Positions 1 to 9,613 of a stretch of 64,000 nucleotides of DNA are shown piece by piece (position 1 is the stretch's first letter; the number at the start of each line of letters is the position of its first letter). Source of the DNA: Lachnospiraceae bacterium (GTDB taxonomy: Bacteria; Bacillota; Clostridia; Lachnospirales; Lachnospiraceae); the NCBI GenBank assembly GCA_045576455.1, contig JAZNGM010000001.1:267604-331603 (forward strand), written 5' to 3'. The position numbers and the translations under genes are program-made. The notes under the pieces were generated by a model, which saw only the letters and a program-made list of their open reading frames with translations, made no database searches and had not been told where the DNA came from.

Positions 1-533
1 TCTGTGGGGGAACTACCTATTATTCCAGTGTAGGTAAACAGGATAAGATAATTAATAATGAAGAGAATATAAGGATTCAGTTTGCAGATAAGAAAGAACT
101 GCTTGAAGGAAGAGAAGAGTTATTGACTTTGGCAAGAGCTTCTTTTGAAGAATATCAGGGACAATATCATATTTCTCCGATTACTGAAAAATATGCCGGC
201 AGCATTTATGAAAATTGGATTGATTCGGAATTGACATTTGAAAGTGAAAAGAAAGTTCTCGTGGCATGGAAGGATGGAAAAATTGCTGGTTTTTGTCTGT
301 TGCATGAAGAAGAGAGTGGTATGGATATGGAACTTATTGCTGTATCAGACGCTTTTCGCGGGCTAGGTATCTACAAGAATATGATAGCAGAACTTTTACG
401 GTATGCAGAAAATAATGGTAAGTCTTTTTATTCTAGCACGCAAATAGATAACTATGCTTCGCAAAGAACTTGGACCGCGCAAGGGATGAAGCCATTTTAT
501 ACTATATATAATTATCATTATGATATGCGTTAA
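1..533 (+). CDS. GNAT-family N-acetyltransferase, 5' end cut by the window edge
   Basis: The frame is open from nt 3 with no stop before the listed TTG at 123, so the gene probably starts upstream of the window. GNAT motif-A-like segment AVSDAFRGLGIYKNMIAELLRYAENNG. Confidence 0.7.
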   Translation, partial: CGGTTYYSSVGKQDKIINNEENIRIQFADKKELLEGREELLTLARASFEEYQGQYHISPITEKYAGSIYENWIDSELTFESEKKVLVAWKDGKIAGFCLLHEEESGMDMELIAVSDAFRGLGIYKNMIAELLRYAENNGKSFYSSTQIDNYASQRTWTAQGMKPFYTIYNYHYDMR

Positions 534-540
534 GTTATTA

Positions 541-572
541 AGGGTGTTTCTTATTTTTCTAAGAAACACCCT
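541..572. terminator. Perfect 13-bp hairpin between convergent genes (candidate bidirectional terminator)
   Basis: agggtgtttctta (541-553), loop tttttc, taagaaacaccct (560-572). It overlaps the last codons of the minus-strand ORF. The U-tracts are weak on both sides. Confidence 0.4.
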
Positions 573-2245
573 CTATTTGTATAAGTCAGTGTATAACCAT
601 ATTTTTGGGCGATGGATTCGTAATCATAGTCCCAGCCTTCTCCATCACTTGCATATATATAATCGGGTATCTTGTCAGGATGAAGATTGAAATAATCAGG
701 TACATATTCTGCCAACCAATAATTTGGCATAAAGTATGAAAATGCAGAAGGGGTGGCATATTCCATGTCTGCATATAAATATAGCCAGGTGCGGTTTGTT
801 ATAAATAATATTTTTTTTGGTTCTTTATTCTTTATGAACTGTATGTCCTCAAGTGTCTTTGTTTCAGTCATGGCTCTTTCGTTAGGAATAATTATCCCTT
901 TCAATGGGCCGGCATTAATAGTGACGTTGGTTTTGTCAAATATTTGAACGCCAAAGCCAGAAGTACTCATGTCCATATATACTTCTGCGCTTAATTGAAT
1001 GACTAAAAAGGAAAGCAGGCATAGGGATATATGTTTACAACTTGAAAGTATACTTTTTTTAATTTCGGTTATATAGTCAAAACAATATATTATAGTATAT
1101 ATTCCAAGAGGTACAGTGTTCATTGCAATCGCATCAACTAGTAATTCGGATGACATGTGCTTGCAGAAAGATGATAGTAATCCGCCGCCAAATATAAAAA
1201 TAAAAGTTGAATAGTCTTTCTTTGGGGTGAGTATAAAAATCAGCAGTCCAAGAAAAATAATAGGTAGCATGATAAAGTTAGAATACTGTAAATAGCAAAG
1301 AAAGATATTATATGAAGTTATGCTTAGACCCATGAGCAAAATGTATATCTTGGAATGCTTTTCTCGTGATTTATCAAAGCAGGCTATAATAATGAGGGCT
1401 AACCAAAATAGCAGGAATATATTATATATTTTAAGTAATGAAGAGAAAAATGTAACAATTTTTGTGAATGGAGAGATTATGTGAACAGTATCTCCTAAAA
1501 TATATTTCAAATTAGTCAAGAAATCGGATAACGAAAGTTTCGAAAAAATGAGCAATAAGTACATAATTGCTGTTATTATACAACTTAACGTAACGTAGAC
1601 CCATGTTTTGGGTGAAAATAAAGGTGGAACTGAGAAATTCCTTTTTTTCTTCAGAATATAAAACGTTAATGTTATAAGCAGAAAGAAAGAATATAAAATA
1701 AGATGGTGTGGGATGGCTAATACACTTATTGCAAAAAATATGCCTGCAATACTGCATCTTAAGCGGCTAGGGGCGGCCTTGGTTGTTAGTAGTAAGAAAA
1801 ATAGTGTGATTGCTCCTAAACCGATTGTGTTATAGCATAGTGCAGGAATGGCATGAGGAATATATAATAAATAAAAAAGGGATGCAATAATTCTTGCATA
1901 TGGTTTTTCTTTGAGTAAAAAGAAAATAGATATAGAAGTAGCTGCGTGGAAAAATAGCCATATATATCGGAAGTTAACTAAAATGCCTTCTGTGGTTTCA
2001 AAAAATAGTCTATAAACATATAGTATGGGGGCTAAAAAAATACCACAAATTTGGCTTAGGTGCCATTCGTGGAAAAATGGAATATCTCCTTTTAAAATGC
2101 GATCGGCATGAGTTAGGTATAGGGGCTCGTCAGTGTTCCCGGTACCAAAAGGAAGTCGCCAAATTAACATAAGTATGGCGGGGAGTAATAGAAGAATATA
2201 TATTAAGTATTCCTTAGTGTAGTGTTTATTGCTCGTACTATTCAT
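551..2245 (-). CDS. Polytopic membrane protein, GT-C-fold (ArnT/PMT-like) glycosyltransferase candidate
   Basis: 564 aa with many hydrophobic helices. Acidic first-loop motif GTGNTDEPLYLTHADRIL, as in GT-C enzymes. Soluble C-terminal ~130 aa. Divergent from the glycan operon and very AT-rich. Confidence 0.5.
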   Translation of the reverse strand: MNSTSNKHYTKEYLIYILLLLPAILMLIWRLPFGTGNTDEPLYLTHADRILKGDIPFFHEWHLSQICGIFLAPILYVYRLFFETTEGILVNFRYIWLFFHAATSISIFFLLKEKPYARIIASLFYLLYIPHAIPALCYNTIGLGAITLFFLLLTTKAAPSRLRCSIAGIFFAISVLAIPHHLILYSFFLLITLTFYILKKKRNFSVPPLFSPKTWVYVTLSCIITAIMYLLLIFSKLSLSDFLTNLKYILGDTVHIISPFTKIVTFFSSLLKIYNIFLLFWLALIIIACFDKSREKHSKIYILLMGLSITSYNIFLCYLQYSNFIMLPIIFLGLLIFILTPKKDYSTFIFIFGGGLLSSFCKHMSSELLVDAIAMNTVPLGIYTIIYCFDYITEIKKSILSSCKHISLCLLSFLVIQLSAEVYMDMSTSGFGVQIFDKTNVTINAGPLKGIIIPNERAMTETKTLEDIQFIKNKEPKKILFITNRTWLYLYADMEYATPSAFSYFMPNYWLAEYVPDYFNLHPDKIPDYIYASDGEGWDYDYESIAQKYGYTLTYTNRGCFLEK

Positions 2246-2371
2246 AGTAAATTTGCTTCCTTATATAGATTTGTATTTTGCGTACGAAAAAATTATAAGC
2301 TATAGTATTATTAAAAATCAATAGGCATTATTTTGAAAGCAGTTGTGCAGAATGAAGTCACTATGTTGAGG

Positions 2372-2400
2372 TTGAAAAAAGCGCATGAAAATGGTATGAT
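2372..2400 (+). promoter_or_regulatory. Candidate sigma-A promoter for the + strand glycan operon starting at 2469
   Basis: -35 ttgaaa (2372-2377), 17-nt spacer, extended -10 tgg-tatgat (2392-2400). Confidence 0.4.
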
Positions 2401-2468
2401 TATGTGATGTTAAAATTAGCGATAATATTTGATAATTATGGACAATCATAATTGGGAGAAAGAATAAT

Positions 2469-4052
2469 ATGCCATCAGCTATTATAAGCAATTTTGTTAA
2501 TAAAGTGAATAAGAATGCGCTGATTGCTTTCTTTTCGGCAATGGTTTCAGGAGTATTAACACATCTGTTTATTATGACTAATAAGGTGTTTAATTATAAT
2601 GAATTCTCTGTATTATTCCTTGATACAGAAGAAATGACACTTGGAAGGATGGCAGAAGGACGTTGGTTTGTAGGCTTTATCGGCCAACTCATTGGTGATA
2701 ATTACAGTATGCAGATGGTGACCGGCATGATTGGTATTATGCTGCTTGCGGTTTCTGCGGGAATGCTTGTGAGTCTGCTTTCCCTTAAGAGCAGATTGTA
2801 TGCAGTCTTGCTTGGCGGTGTGTTGGTCGTATTTCCTGCGGTAACAAGCTTTATGGCATTTACCCAGCTGGGTGATGCATGGTTTTTGTCAGTGTTTCTT
2901 GCGGTATGGGCAGTGTATATTTGTGAAAGATGGAAATGGGGACATTTTGCAGGCCTTGTTATGATAGGCTTATCGCTTGCCATCCATCAGGCATATGTAT
3001 CGGTTGCCATTGCCGTAATGTTTTTGGTTATATTCAAGGCCGTGTACGAACAGGAAGCGGCGTTAAAAGAGCTGTTTAGAAAAATAATAAGATACCTTGT
3101 GATTCTTGTTGGCGGTTTTGTATTTTATTATATTGGTGTTAAGGTAAGTGTGGCAGTTTTTGATTATAGCTTATCTTCGTATCATGGTATTAATGAAATG
3201 ACCAGCTTCACCATAAGAGGGATTGCCAAAGGCATTGTATATTCATACATTTACTTTTTCGAATATTTCTTTACCACTAAATATTTGTTCTCTTATGTCT
3301 GGGTAGTAGTTGATGTATTGTTGGCATTAACACTATTGTATTATGTGGTGCGTTCTTCTGTTTCGGGCTTTAAAGGCGGAAATAAGAGTAACGGAATTCT
3401 GAGAATATTATTAGTTGTCTTGCTTCCTCCTGGAATGAACGGTTTGCCGGTGCTTCTTGCTGACAGGGTCGGCGACGGTGTTGACCGCTACATGATGTAT
3501 TCACTCGTTATGTTGTGGGTGCTTATATTATTTGTGGCAGATAGAATGGAAGCGGTTAAGGAAGAGCAATCTACTTTAAAAACACTTTGTCTTTGGGTAA
3601 TAATAGCAGGAATTTGTCTTCATATAGGACATGACTATGTCATGGATAATCAGGCATATTACAGAGCACAGGCGGTTACGGAACAGACGACCTCTTATCT
3701 TAACCGTATTGCGGCAAGAATGGAAGCGGTAGAGGGTTGGAATAAAGATATTCCGGTACATTTTGTGATGGATGGAGAGCTGTTTGGAAGTCAGGATGTA
3801 GCACTTAAGGAGTTTGAAGAACTTGCTGAGCTACGTGGTACGGCATATGAACCGAATTACAGTGCTTCGGGTGTTGCCCGTTTTATGCAGTATTATTTGC
3901 ATTTTCCTGTAAACTTGGCTACCCGGGATCAGATAGTGGCATTAGAAGAAAATATAGATTATCAGCAGATGAGTTTGTACCCGGCAGAAGATTCGGTTAA
4001 AATTATTGACGGAGTTCTTGTGGTAAAATTATCGGAAACAGAAGTAAAATAA
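2469..4052 (+). CDS. Polytopic membrane protein, putative GtrC/Gtr-type-II-like glycan-decorating transferase
   Basis: 527 aa, ~10+ TM helices plus a soluble C-terminal domain. It lies immediately upstream of a GtrB-like GT2. The family assignment comes from architecture and context only. Confidence 0.45.
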   Translation: MPSAIISNFVNKVNKNALIAFFSAMVSGVLTHLFIMTNKVFNYNEFSVLFLDTEEMTLGRMAEGRWFVGFIGQLIGDNYSMQMVTGMIGIMLLAVSAGMLVSLLSLKSRLYAVLLGGVLVVFPAVTSFMAFTQLGDAWFLSVFLAVWAVYICERWKWGHFAGLVMIGLSLAIHQAYVSVAIAVMFLVIFKAVYEQEAALKELFRKIIRYLVILVGGFVFYYIGVKVSVAVFDYSLSSYHGINEMTSFTIRGIAKGIVYSYIYFFEYFFTTKYLFSYVWVVVDVLLALTLLYYVVRSSVSGFKGGNKSNGILRILLVVLLPPGMNGLPVLLADRVGDGVDRYMMYSLVMLWVLILFVADRMEAVKEEQSTLKTLCLWVIIAGICLHIGHDYVMDNQAYYRAQAVTEQTTSYLNRIAARMEAVEGWNKDIPVHFVMDGELFGSQDVALKEFEELAELRGTAYEPNYSASGVARFMQYYLHFPVNLATRDQIVALEENIDYQQMSLYPAEDSVKIIDGVLVVKLSETEVK

Positions 4053-4094
4053 GCAAAGAATAGGATATATTACAGTAACTATAGGAGGTTTTCC

Positions 4095-5048
4095 ATGGAA
4101 AAGATATCATTTGTAATTCCATGTTATCGTTCGCAAAATACAATTGAAAAGGTAGTGGACGACATATATCAGGTTATGGATGAGCATAAAGAATATGAAA
4201 CGGAAATCGTTCTTGTAAATGACAATTCGCCGGATGATGTTTGGAGTGTAATAAGTGCATTAGGTGAAAAAGATTCACGTATTAAAGCAGTGCGCCTTCT
4301 CCGTAATTTCGGACAGCATGCAGCTCTTATGGCAGGCTATAATATTTGCACAGGTGATTATGTTGTGACGATTGACGATGATGGCCAGACACCGGTTGAT
4401 CAGACTTTCATCCTAATGGAAAAACTTCTTGAAGGATTTGATGTTGTATACGGAAAATATGAAGAAAGAAAAGATAATATTTTTAGAAAAATAGGAACAG
4501 GCATTAATAATATGATGTCCCGTTCACTTTTGGGAAAGCCTAAGAATTTACATCTTACCAGTTTTTTTGTGGCTAGAAAAAATGTTATCCGGGAAATTTG
4601 TAATTATAAAAATGCATTCCCGTATATATGGGGATTAATCTTACGTACGACAAAGAGTATTGCGAATGCAACCATTAAACATAATAACCGTTTAGAAGGT
4701 GAATCGGGTTATACGCTAGGAAAATTGATAAGTCTCTGGATGAATGGATTTACGGCTTTTTCCGTAAAACCGTTACGTGTTTCGGCAGGAATAGGAATTG
4801 CCTTTTCCGGATTAGGTATTATAGGGGTAATATATGTGATTATTGATAAAATATTACATCCCCATATAGCAGCAGGATACAGTTCCATGATGTCGGTATT
4901 GTTGGTTATAGGCGGTTTGCTTTTGCTGTCCATGGGGTTAATCGGAGAATACATCGGCCGTATTTATATGTGCATTAATGCTACACCACAGTATATTGTA
5001 AGAGATACAGTTAATCTTGACGAAGAAGATAAGAAGGAAAAGCAGTAG
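4095..5048 (+). CDS. GT2 polyprenyl-phosphate glycosyltransferase (GtrB/CsbB/ArnC-like)
   Basis: N-terminal GT-A domain (FVIPCYRSQNTIEKVV, VLVNDNSPDD, TIDDDGQ) and two C-terminal TM helices (GIGIAFSGLGIIGVIYVII; MMSVLLVIGGLLLLSMGLIGEYI). This is the typical GtrB architecture. Confidence 0.85.
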   Translation: MEKISFVIPCYRSQNTIEKVVDDIYQVMDEHKEYETEIVLVNDNSPDDVWSVISALGEKDSRIKAVRLLRNFGQHAALMAGYNICTGDYVVTIDDDGQTPVDQTFILMEKLLEGFDVVYGKYEERKDNIFRKIGTGINNMMSRSLLGKPKNLHLTSFFVARKNVIREICNYKNAFPYIWGLILRTTKSIANATIKHNNRLEGESGYTLGKLISLWMNGFTAFSVKPLRVSAGIGIAFSGLGIIGVIYVIIDKILHPHIAAGYSSMMSVLLVIGGLLLLSMGLIGEYIGRIYMCINATPQYIVRDTVNLDEEDKKEKQ

Positions 5049-5071
5049 AACAATAAAAGGGGAGGTTTGGG

Positions 5072-6472
5072 ATGAATCAGATAATGCTTAAGTTACTTGC
5101 TTCGTGGCAGCATAGGGATGGAAATGTAAACACCACGAAGGAATTGCTTGATTGGATTCACGAACTTAATACTACGACAAAGGTTTTAATAGATAAGACA
5201 AGTGTTAATGAAGACTCCTTCTGGTTTTATGATGACTACCGCGGAGAAATATTAAACCGTAAAAGAAGCTTTTTCTCCATAGTAGGAATCCGTTATTTTG
5301 AAAATGAAGAATTTGTAAAAGAACAGCCAATCATCCTGCAAAAGGAGATTGGCTATCTTGGCATTATAGTAAAAGAAATAGACGGCGTGCTTAATTTTCT
5401 TATGCAGGCGAAAATCGAACCGGGGAATGTCAATTGCGTGCAGATTTCACCTACCATACAGGCGACGAAGAGTAATTTTACAAGAGCCCATGGCGGTAGA
5501 ATGCCGTACTATTTTGAATATTTTGAAAAGGCTTCCGAGAACGGAAGAATTATATATGACCAGATACAGTCAGAGCAGGGAAGCCGTTTTTACGGAAAAC
5601 GCAACAGAAACATTATTCTGTTAATTGATAAGGATATTCCTATACATGAGAATTATAAGTGGATGACATTAGGGCAGATTAAAGAACTGATGGCAGTAGA
5701 TAATCTTGTCAATATGGATACCCGTACGGTATTGTCAGGAATACCGTTTGAGACATACCGGTTGAATGCAGAAGATATAGTCAGAGCAGAAGAATATTTT
5801 TCGGATAAAGCATTTTTTAACTCTATTTTCAGGACGGATGTGTCGGAATCCCTTGCAAAAGTGACGCCTGTAATAAATGATTATAAAATGTTCTGTGATG
5901 TGGAACGTATTATGGTGCCGTTGAATCAGCTTGTGGATTGGAAGGTTAATGAATATGGAGTGACTTGTAAGAAGGACGCTGATTTTTCTGTGGGATATTA
6001 TGATATTCATATAAACGGAAGAGAAGTCCAACATTGGCTGCAACCGCTTTTCTGTGCTGAGAGGCAGGCACTTTTTGCCTTGTTTACTTGTGTGGAGAAT
6101 GGGGTTCGTAAATATCTGATATCGCTTTCTCCTGAAATAGGGTGCTTTGATAAGGCTGAGTTCGGACCTACCATCCAGGAAGGTGGAGAATTACACGGTA
6201 GAAGTGAAGAAGAAAAGACTTTATGCAAAGTTCTTGATAAGCATTTGAAAGAACAAAAAGGCATAATGAAGGATGTAATCCTTTCTGAAGAGGGCGGACG
6301 CTTCTATCATGAGCAAAATAGAAACATTATTATTGAAATCGATAAGTCTGAGTTGCCGGTACTTTCTAAGAACTATGTTTGGGTAGATTACAGTTGTCTT
6401 AATTATTTGGTGCAGGTAAATAATGTGCTTAATATTCAACTTAGAAACCTTATGTCGTTGCTAGATTTATAA
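5072..6472 (+). CDS. NDP-hexose (dTDP-4-keto-6-deoxyglucose) 2,3-dehydratase, EvaA/OleV/TylX3 family
   Basis: Signature core EQPIILQKEIGYLGIIVKEIDGVLNFLMQAKIEPGNVNCVQISPTIQATKSNFTRAHGG. Internal two-half duplication (SEQGSRFYGKRNRNIILLIDKD vs SEEGGRFYHEQNRNIIIEIDKS). The ~466 aa size is typical of the family. Confidence 0.85.
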   Translation: MNQIMLKLLASWQHRDGNVNTTKELLDWIHELNTTTKVLIDKTSVNEDSFWFYDDYRGEILNRKRSFFSIVGIRYFENEEFVKEQPIILQKEIGYLGIIVKEIDGVLNFLMQAKIEPGNVNCVQISPTIQATKSNFTRAHGGRMPYYFEYFEKASENGRIIYDQIQSEQGSRFYGKRNRNIILLIDKDIPIHENYKWMTLGQIKELMAVDNLVNMDTRTVLSGIPFETYRLNAEDIVRAEEYFSDKAFFNSIFRTDVSESLAKVTPVINDYKMFCDVERIMVPLNQLVDWKVNEYGVTCKKDADFSVGYYDIHINGREVQHWLQPLFCAERQALFALFTCVENGVRKYLISLSPEIGCFDKAEFGPTIQEGGELHGRSEEEKTLCKVLDKHLKEQKGIMKDVILSEEGGRFYHEQNRNIIIEIDKSELPVLSKNYVWVDYSCLNYLVQVNNVLNIQLRNLMSLLDL

Positions 6473-6509
6473 TGGATATCGGGATTATTAGGTAAGGGAG
6501 AAATATTGG

Positions 6510-7535
6510 ATGCGGATTGGAATTATATGTCCGTCGGAAATTGCTTTCAGACGATTTATGCCGGCGGTGTTAAAAGTAGAAGAAGTCGAATATATTGGCG
6601 TAGCGTATGCTACTCTTTCGGAGTGGTATGGTAAAGATACAAAGATTCAAGAGGGTATGGAAAAAGTAATTGAATCGGAAAGAGAAAAAGCAGAGAACTT
6701 TAGAAATACTTATGGCGGTAAGGTTTTTGAAGGTTACGAAGCCATGCTTAAAAGCGGTGAAATTGATGCTGTTTATATACCTCTTCCACCGGCATTGCAT
6801 TATGCTTGGGCAAAGCTTGCTCTCGATTGCGGATTGCATGTATTTGTGGAAAAGCCATCAACAACAAGACTGGCAGATACAGAGGATTTAATTTTAGTTG
6901 CGTCCCAAAAAGGTCTGGCACTTCATGAGAATTATATGTTTGCATATCATACGCAGCTTGATACGGTTGAAAGCGTAATTAAGGATGGCACTATTGGTAA
7001 GGTAAGGCTAATCCGTATTGATTTTGGATTCCCTAAGCGTCCTATGGGTGATTTCAGATATAACAAAAAGCTTGGTGGCGGAGCACTGCTTGATTGTGGA
7101 GGATATACATTAAAATATGCGGATATGCTTCTTGGCGGCAATGCTAAGATAGCTGCTGCAACGGTTATGAATGACGAAGACTTTGAAGTAGAAATCTTCG
7201 GAACCGCAATATTGTCAGATGACAGCAATAAAACAGTGCAAGTTGCATTTGGTATGGATAATGATTACCGTTGTTCCATTAATGCATGGGGAAGCAAAGG
7301 AACGCTTATCAGTAACCGTATTCTTACGGCACCGGAGGGATTTGCTCCGACTTATTCCATATTTGTAAATGGTAAAGAGGAAGTATATACCATGGAAGCG
7401 GATGATACATTTTATAAATCCATTATGCACTTTGTAAAGTGTGCGAAGGATGAGAAAGTAAGAACCGGAAATTATGAAGCACTTCGTCGTCAGGAACAAC
7501 TGGTTGATGAATTTATGAAAAAAGCAGGCATGTGA
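6510..7535 (+). CDS. Gfo/Idh/MocA-family oxidoreductase, putative NDP-hexose C-3 ketoreductase (KijD10/OleW-like role)
   Basis: N-terminal Rossmann MRIGIICPSEIAFRRF, and the EKP motif in HVFVEKPSTT. Directly follows the 2,3-dehydratase. The family call is firm; the substrate is inferred from context. Confidence 0.65.
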   Translation: MRIGIICPSEIAFRRFMPAVLKVEEVEYIGVAYATLSEWYGKDTKIQEGMEKVIESEREKAENFRNTYGGKVFEGYEAMLKSGEIDAVYIPLPPALHYAWAKLALDCGLHVFVEKPSTTRLADTEDLILVASQKGLALHENYMFAYHTQLDTVESVIKDGTIGKVRLIRIDFGFPKRPMGDFRYNKKLGGGALLDCGGYTLKYADMLLGGNAKIAAATVMNDEDFEVEIFGTAILSDDSNKTVQVAFGMDNDYRCSINAWGSKGTLISNRILTAPEGFAPTYSIFVNGKEEVYTMEADDTFYKSIMHFVKCAKDEKVRTGNYEALRRQEQLVDEFMKKAGM

Positions 7536-7564
7536 TATAAATTTAGTCATTTAGAGAGGGCGAT

Positions 7565-8560
7565 ATGAAACTGAAACGGGATGAGTCATTAGACTTTTTA
7601 AGAGGATTCGGAATTCTCTTGATGGTAATAGGACATATAGGCTTTACTACGGCAGATATATACATATATGCCTTTCATATGCCTTTGTTTTATATGATAT
7701 CCGGTTATCTTGTAAAACCTGATGTTAGAAAGAAGTTTTCTGCCCATGTGGTTTCCAGGGCAAAACGCTTATTGATACCATATTTTTTGTTTGGCTTTGC
7801 GCAGTATATTATATATTTGGGAATTCATGCGTTTAATACCCCGGATGCCAAAGAGTTATTGGTTAATCTGCTTTTGTTTCCAACTAAGGGATTGGCAATA
7901 GCAGAGGCTTTATGGTTTTTGTTTTCTTTATTTTTGATAGAAATAGTCTTTGAATTGTTGCTTAGAATCAAGAATGAGGGATTACGCTTTGTTGTAGTTG
8001 CCGTTGTTGTGGTGGCAGGATTTTTTGTTAATGAAATGCAGTATGAGTTGTTATTTGCTTTGGAAACGGCAATGGTTGGTATACTGTTTTATTATACGGG
8101 TTACCTTATACGCCGGTATAAATTGTTTGATTGTATTCAAAAGGGAAAGACGAAGTTCGTGTTTGGCGGCGTTGCGATGATTTTATTTATGCCTATTACA
8201 TGGCTATGTTATAAAAATGGGCAGATTGCTATGTATTATGGTGTGTATCAAAATGAGTTTATATTTATTTTGGCGGCTTTATTTATGACGGTTTTCTGGT
8301 GGTGTGTAGCCAAGCAGGTTGTTAAAATAAATAAGTTATCGTGGTTTAATGGCTATTTTGTTTTCCTTGGTAAAAATTCAATGCTATTTTTATTACTAAA
8401 TCAGTTTTTTATTTTCTTTTACCGGAAAGTACTTCTGATGGTAATAGAAGATAATAAATGGTTAGTGCATGCAGCAGAGTTATTATTGGTACTTTTATCG
8501 CTTCATGTATTTGCACTTATAACAAATCGTTTGAAGGTATCAAAAATTTGGAGAGGCTGA
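7565..8560 (+). CDS. Acyltransferase-3 family membrane O-acyltransferase
   Basis: LDFLRGFGILLMVIGHIG, then HMPLFYMISGYL, with ~10 TM helices. Confidence 0.8.
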   Translation: MKLKRDESLDFLRGFGILLMVIGHIGFTTADIYIYAFHMPLFYMISGYLVKPDVRKKFSAHVVSRAKRLLIPYFLFGFAQYIIYLGIHAFNTPDAKELLVNLLLFPTKGLAIAEALWFLFSLFLIEIVFELLLRIKNEGLRFVVVAVVVVAGFFVNEMQYELLFALETAMVGILFYYTGYLIRRYKLFDCIQKGKTKFVFGGVAMILFMPITWLCYKNGQIAMYYGVYQNEFIFILAALFMTVFWWCVAKQVVKINKLSWFNGYFVFLGKNSMLFLLLNQFFIFFYRKVLLMVIEDNKWLVHAAELLLVLLSLHVFALITNRLKVSKIWRG

Positions 8561-8563
8561 TAT

Positions 8564-9613
8564 ATGGCTAGAAAGTCTAATTTTGAATTATTGAGAATTA
8601 TAGCAATTATTATTATTATTATGCATCATTATGCGCAAATAGGGTGTAGTGAATTATTGGTTACTAATGTTGTATCCGGGCAACGCTTATTCTCGCAGTT
8701 CCTGTTTATGGGAGGGAAAGTCGGTGTTAATCTGTTTGTGCTTATTTCGGGTTATTTTTTATGCAAGCAGGAATTCAGATTATCTAAGCTTGTAACATTA
8801 TTGCTTTGGATTTTTACTTATTCCGTAGTGTTCATGTGCGTTTTAACGGTATTTTTTGATTATAGGTTTGGCATATTTGAGATTGTACAGAGTTTATTTC
8901 CGGTTACTTTTAACCGATATATTTTTCCGAGTACATATGTCCTTATGTACCTTTTTGTACCGTTTATAAACCATTTTATTAATACTGTTGATAAAAAAAT
9001 GTATCAACGATTTATTTTATTAGGTGGAGTAGTTTTTGTAATATTACCTACGCTGACTGCAATGGATTTTATGGCACCTGATTTGGTGTGGTTTATATAT
9101 TTATATTTGCTTGCAGCGTATATACGTATATATGAACCGTTAAGTAAAATAAAGGCAAAGCATTGGTTATTAGCAGGAAGCGGAATGTATGTCCTATTGT
9201 TCTTATCAATGGTTTTTATGGATTTTGTGGGCTTGTATATTCCGGCGGTAGGTGTTAAAGCAAGTTATTTTATTGGTCAGAATAAGCTGCCTGCAGTATT
9301 AAGTGCAGTATTACTTTTTGTCGGTTTTAGCCGTTTGGAAATGAAAACCATCAAGTGTATTAATTATATAGGTGGATGTACGTTTGGTATTTTTTTGTTC
9401 CACACATTTCCTTGGGATTATAATTTTTTGTGGATACGCTTGCTAAAAACTACGGACTATATTGGAAAGACATCGTTCTATCTGCATGCCGTGTTAAGTG
9501 TTCTTTTGGTGCTTTGCTTAGGACTTTTATTTGAAAGTATACGAAGATTTTTATACAAAAAGACACTGGGAAAACTGGTTGCAAGATTAGATAAGAAAGG
9601 TATAAAAGAATGA
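8564..9613 (+). CDS. Acyltransferase-3 family membrane O-acyltransferase
   Basis: FELLRIIAIIIIIMHHY, then VNLFVLISGYFL. Polytopic. Confidence 0.8.
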   Translation: MARKSNFELLRIIAIIIIIMHHYAQIGCSELLVTNVVSGQRLFSQFLFMGGKVGVNLFVLISGYFLCKQEFRLSKLVTLLLWIFTYSVVFMCVLTVFFDYRFGIFEIVQSLFPVTFNRYIFPSTYVLMYLFVPFINHFINTVDKKMYQRFILLGGVVFVILPTLTAMDFMAPDLVWFIYLYLLAAYIRIYEPLSKIKAKHWLLAGSGMYVLLFLSMVFMDFVGLYIPAVGVKASYFIGQNKLPAVLSAVLLFVGFSRLEMKTIKCINYIGGCTFGIFLFHTFPWDYNFLWIRLLKTTDYIGKTSFYLHAVLSVLLVLCLGLLFESIRRFLYKKTLGKLVARLDKKGIKE

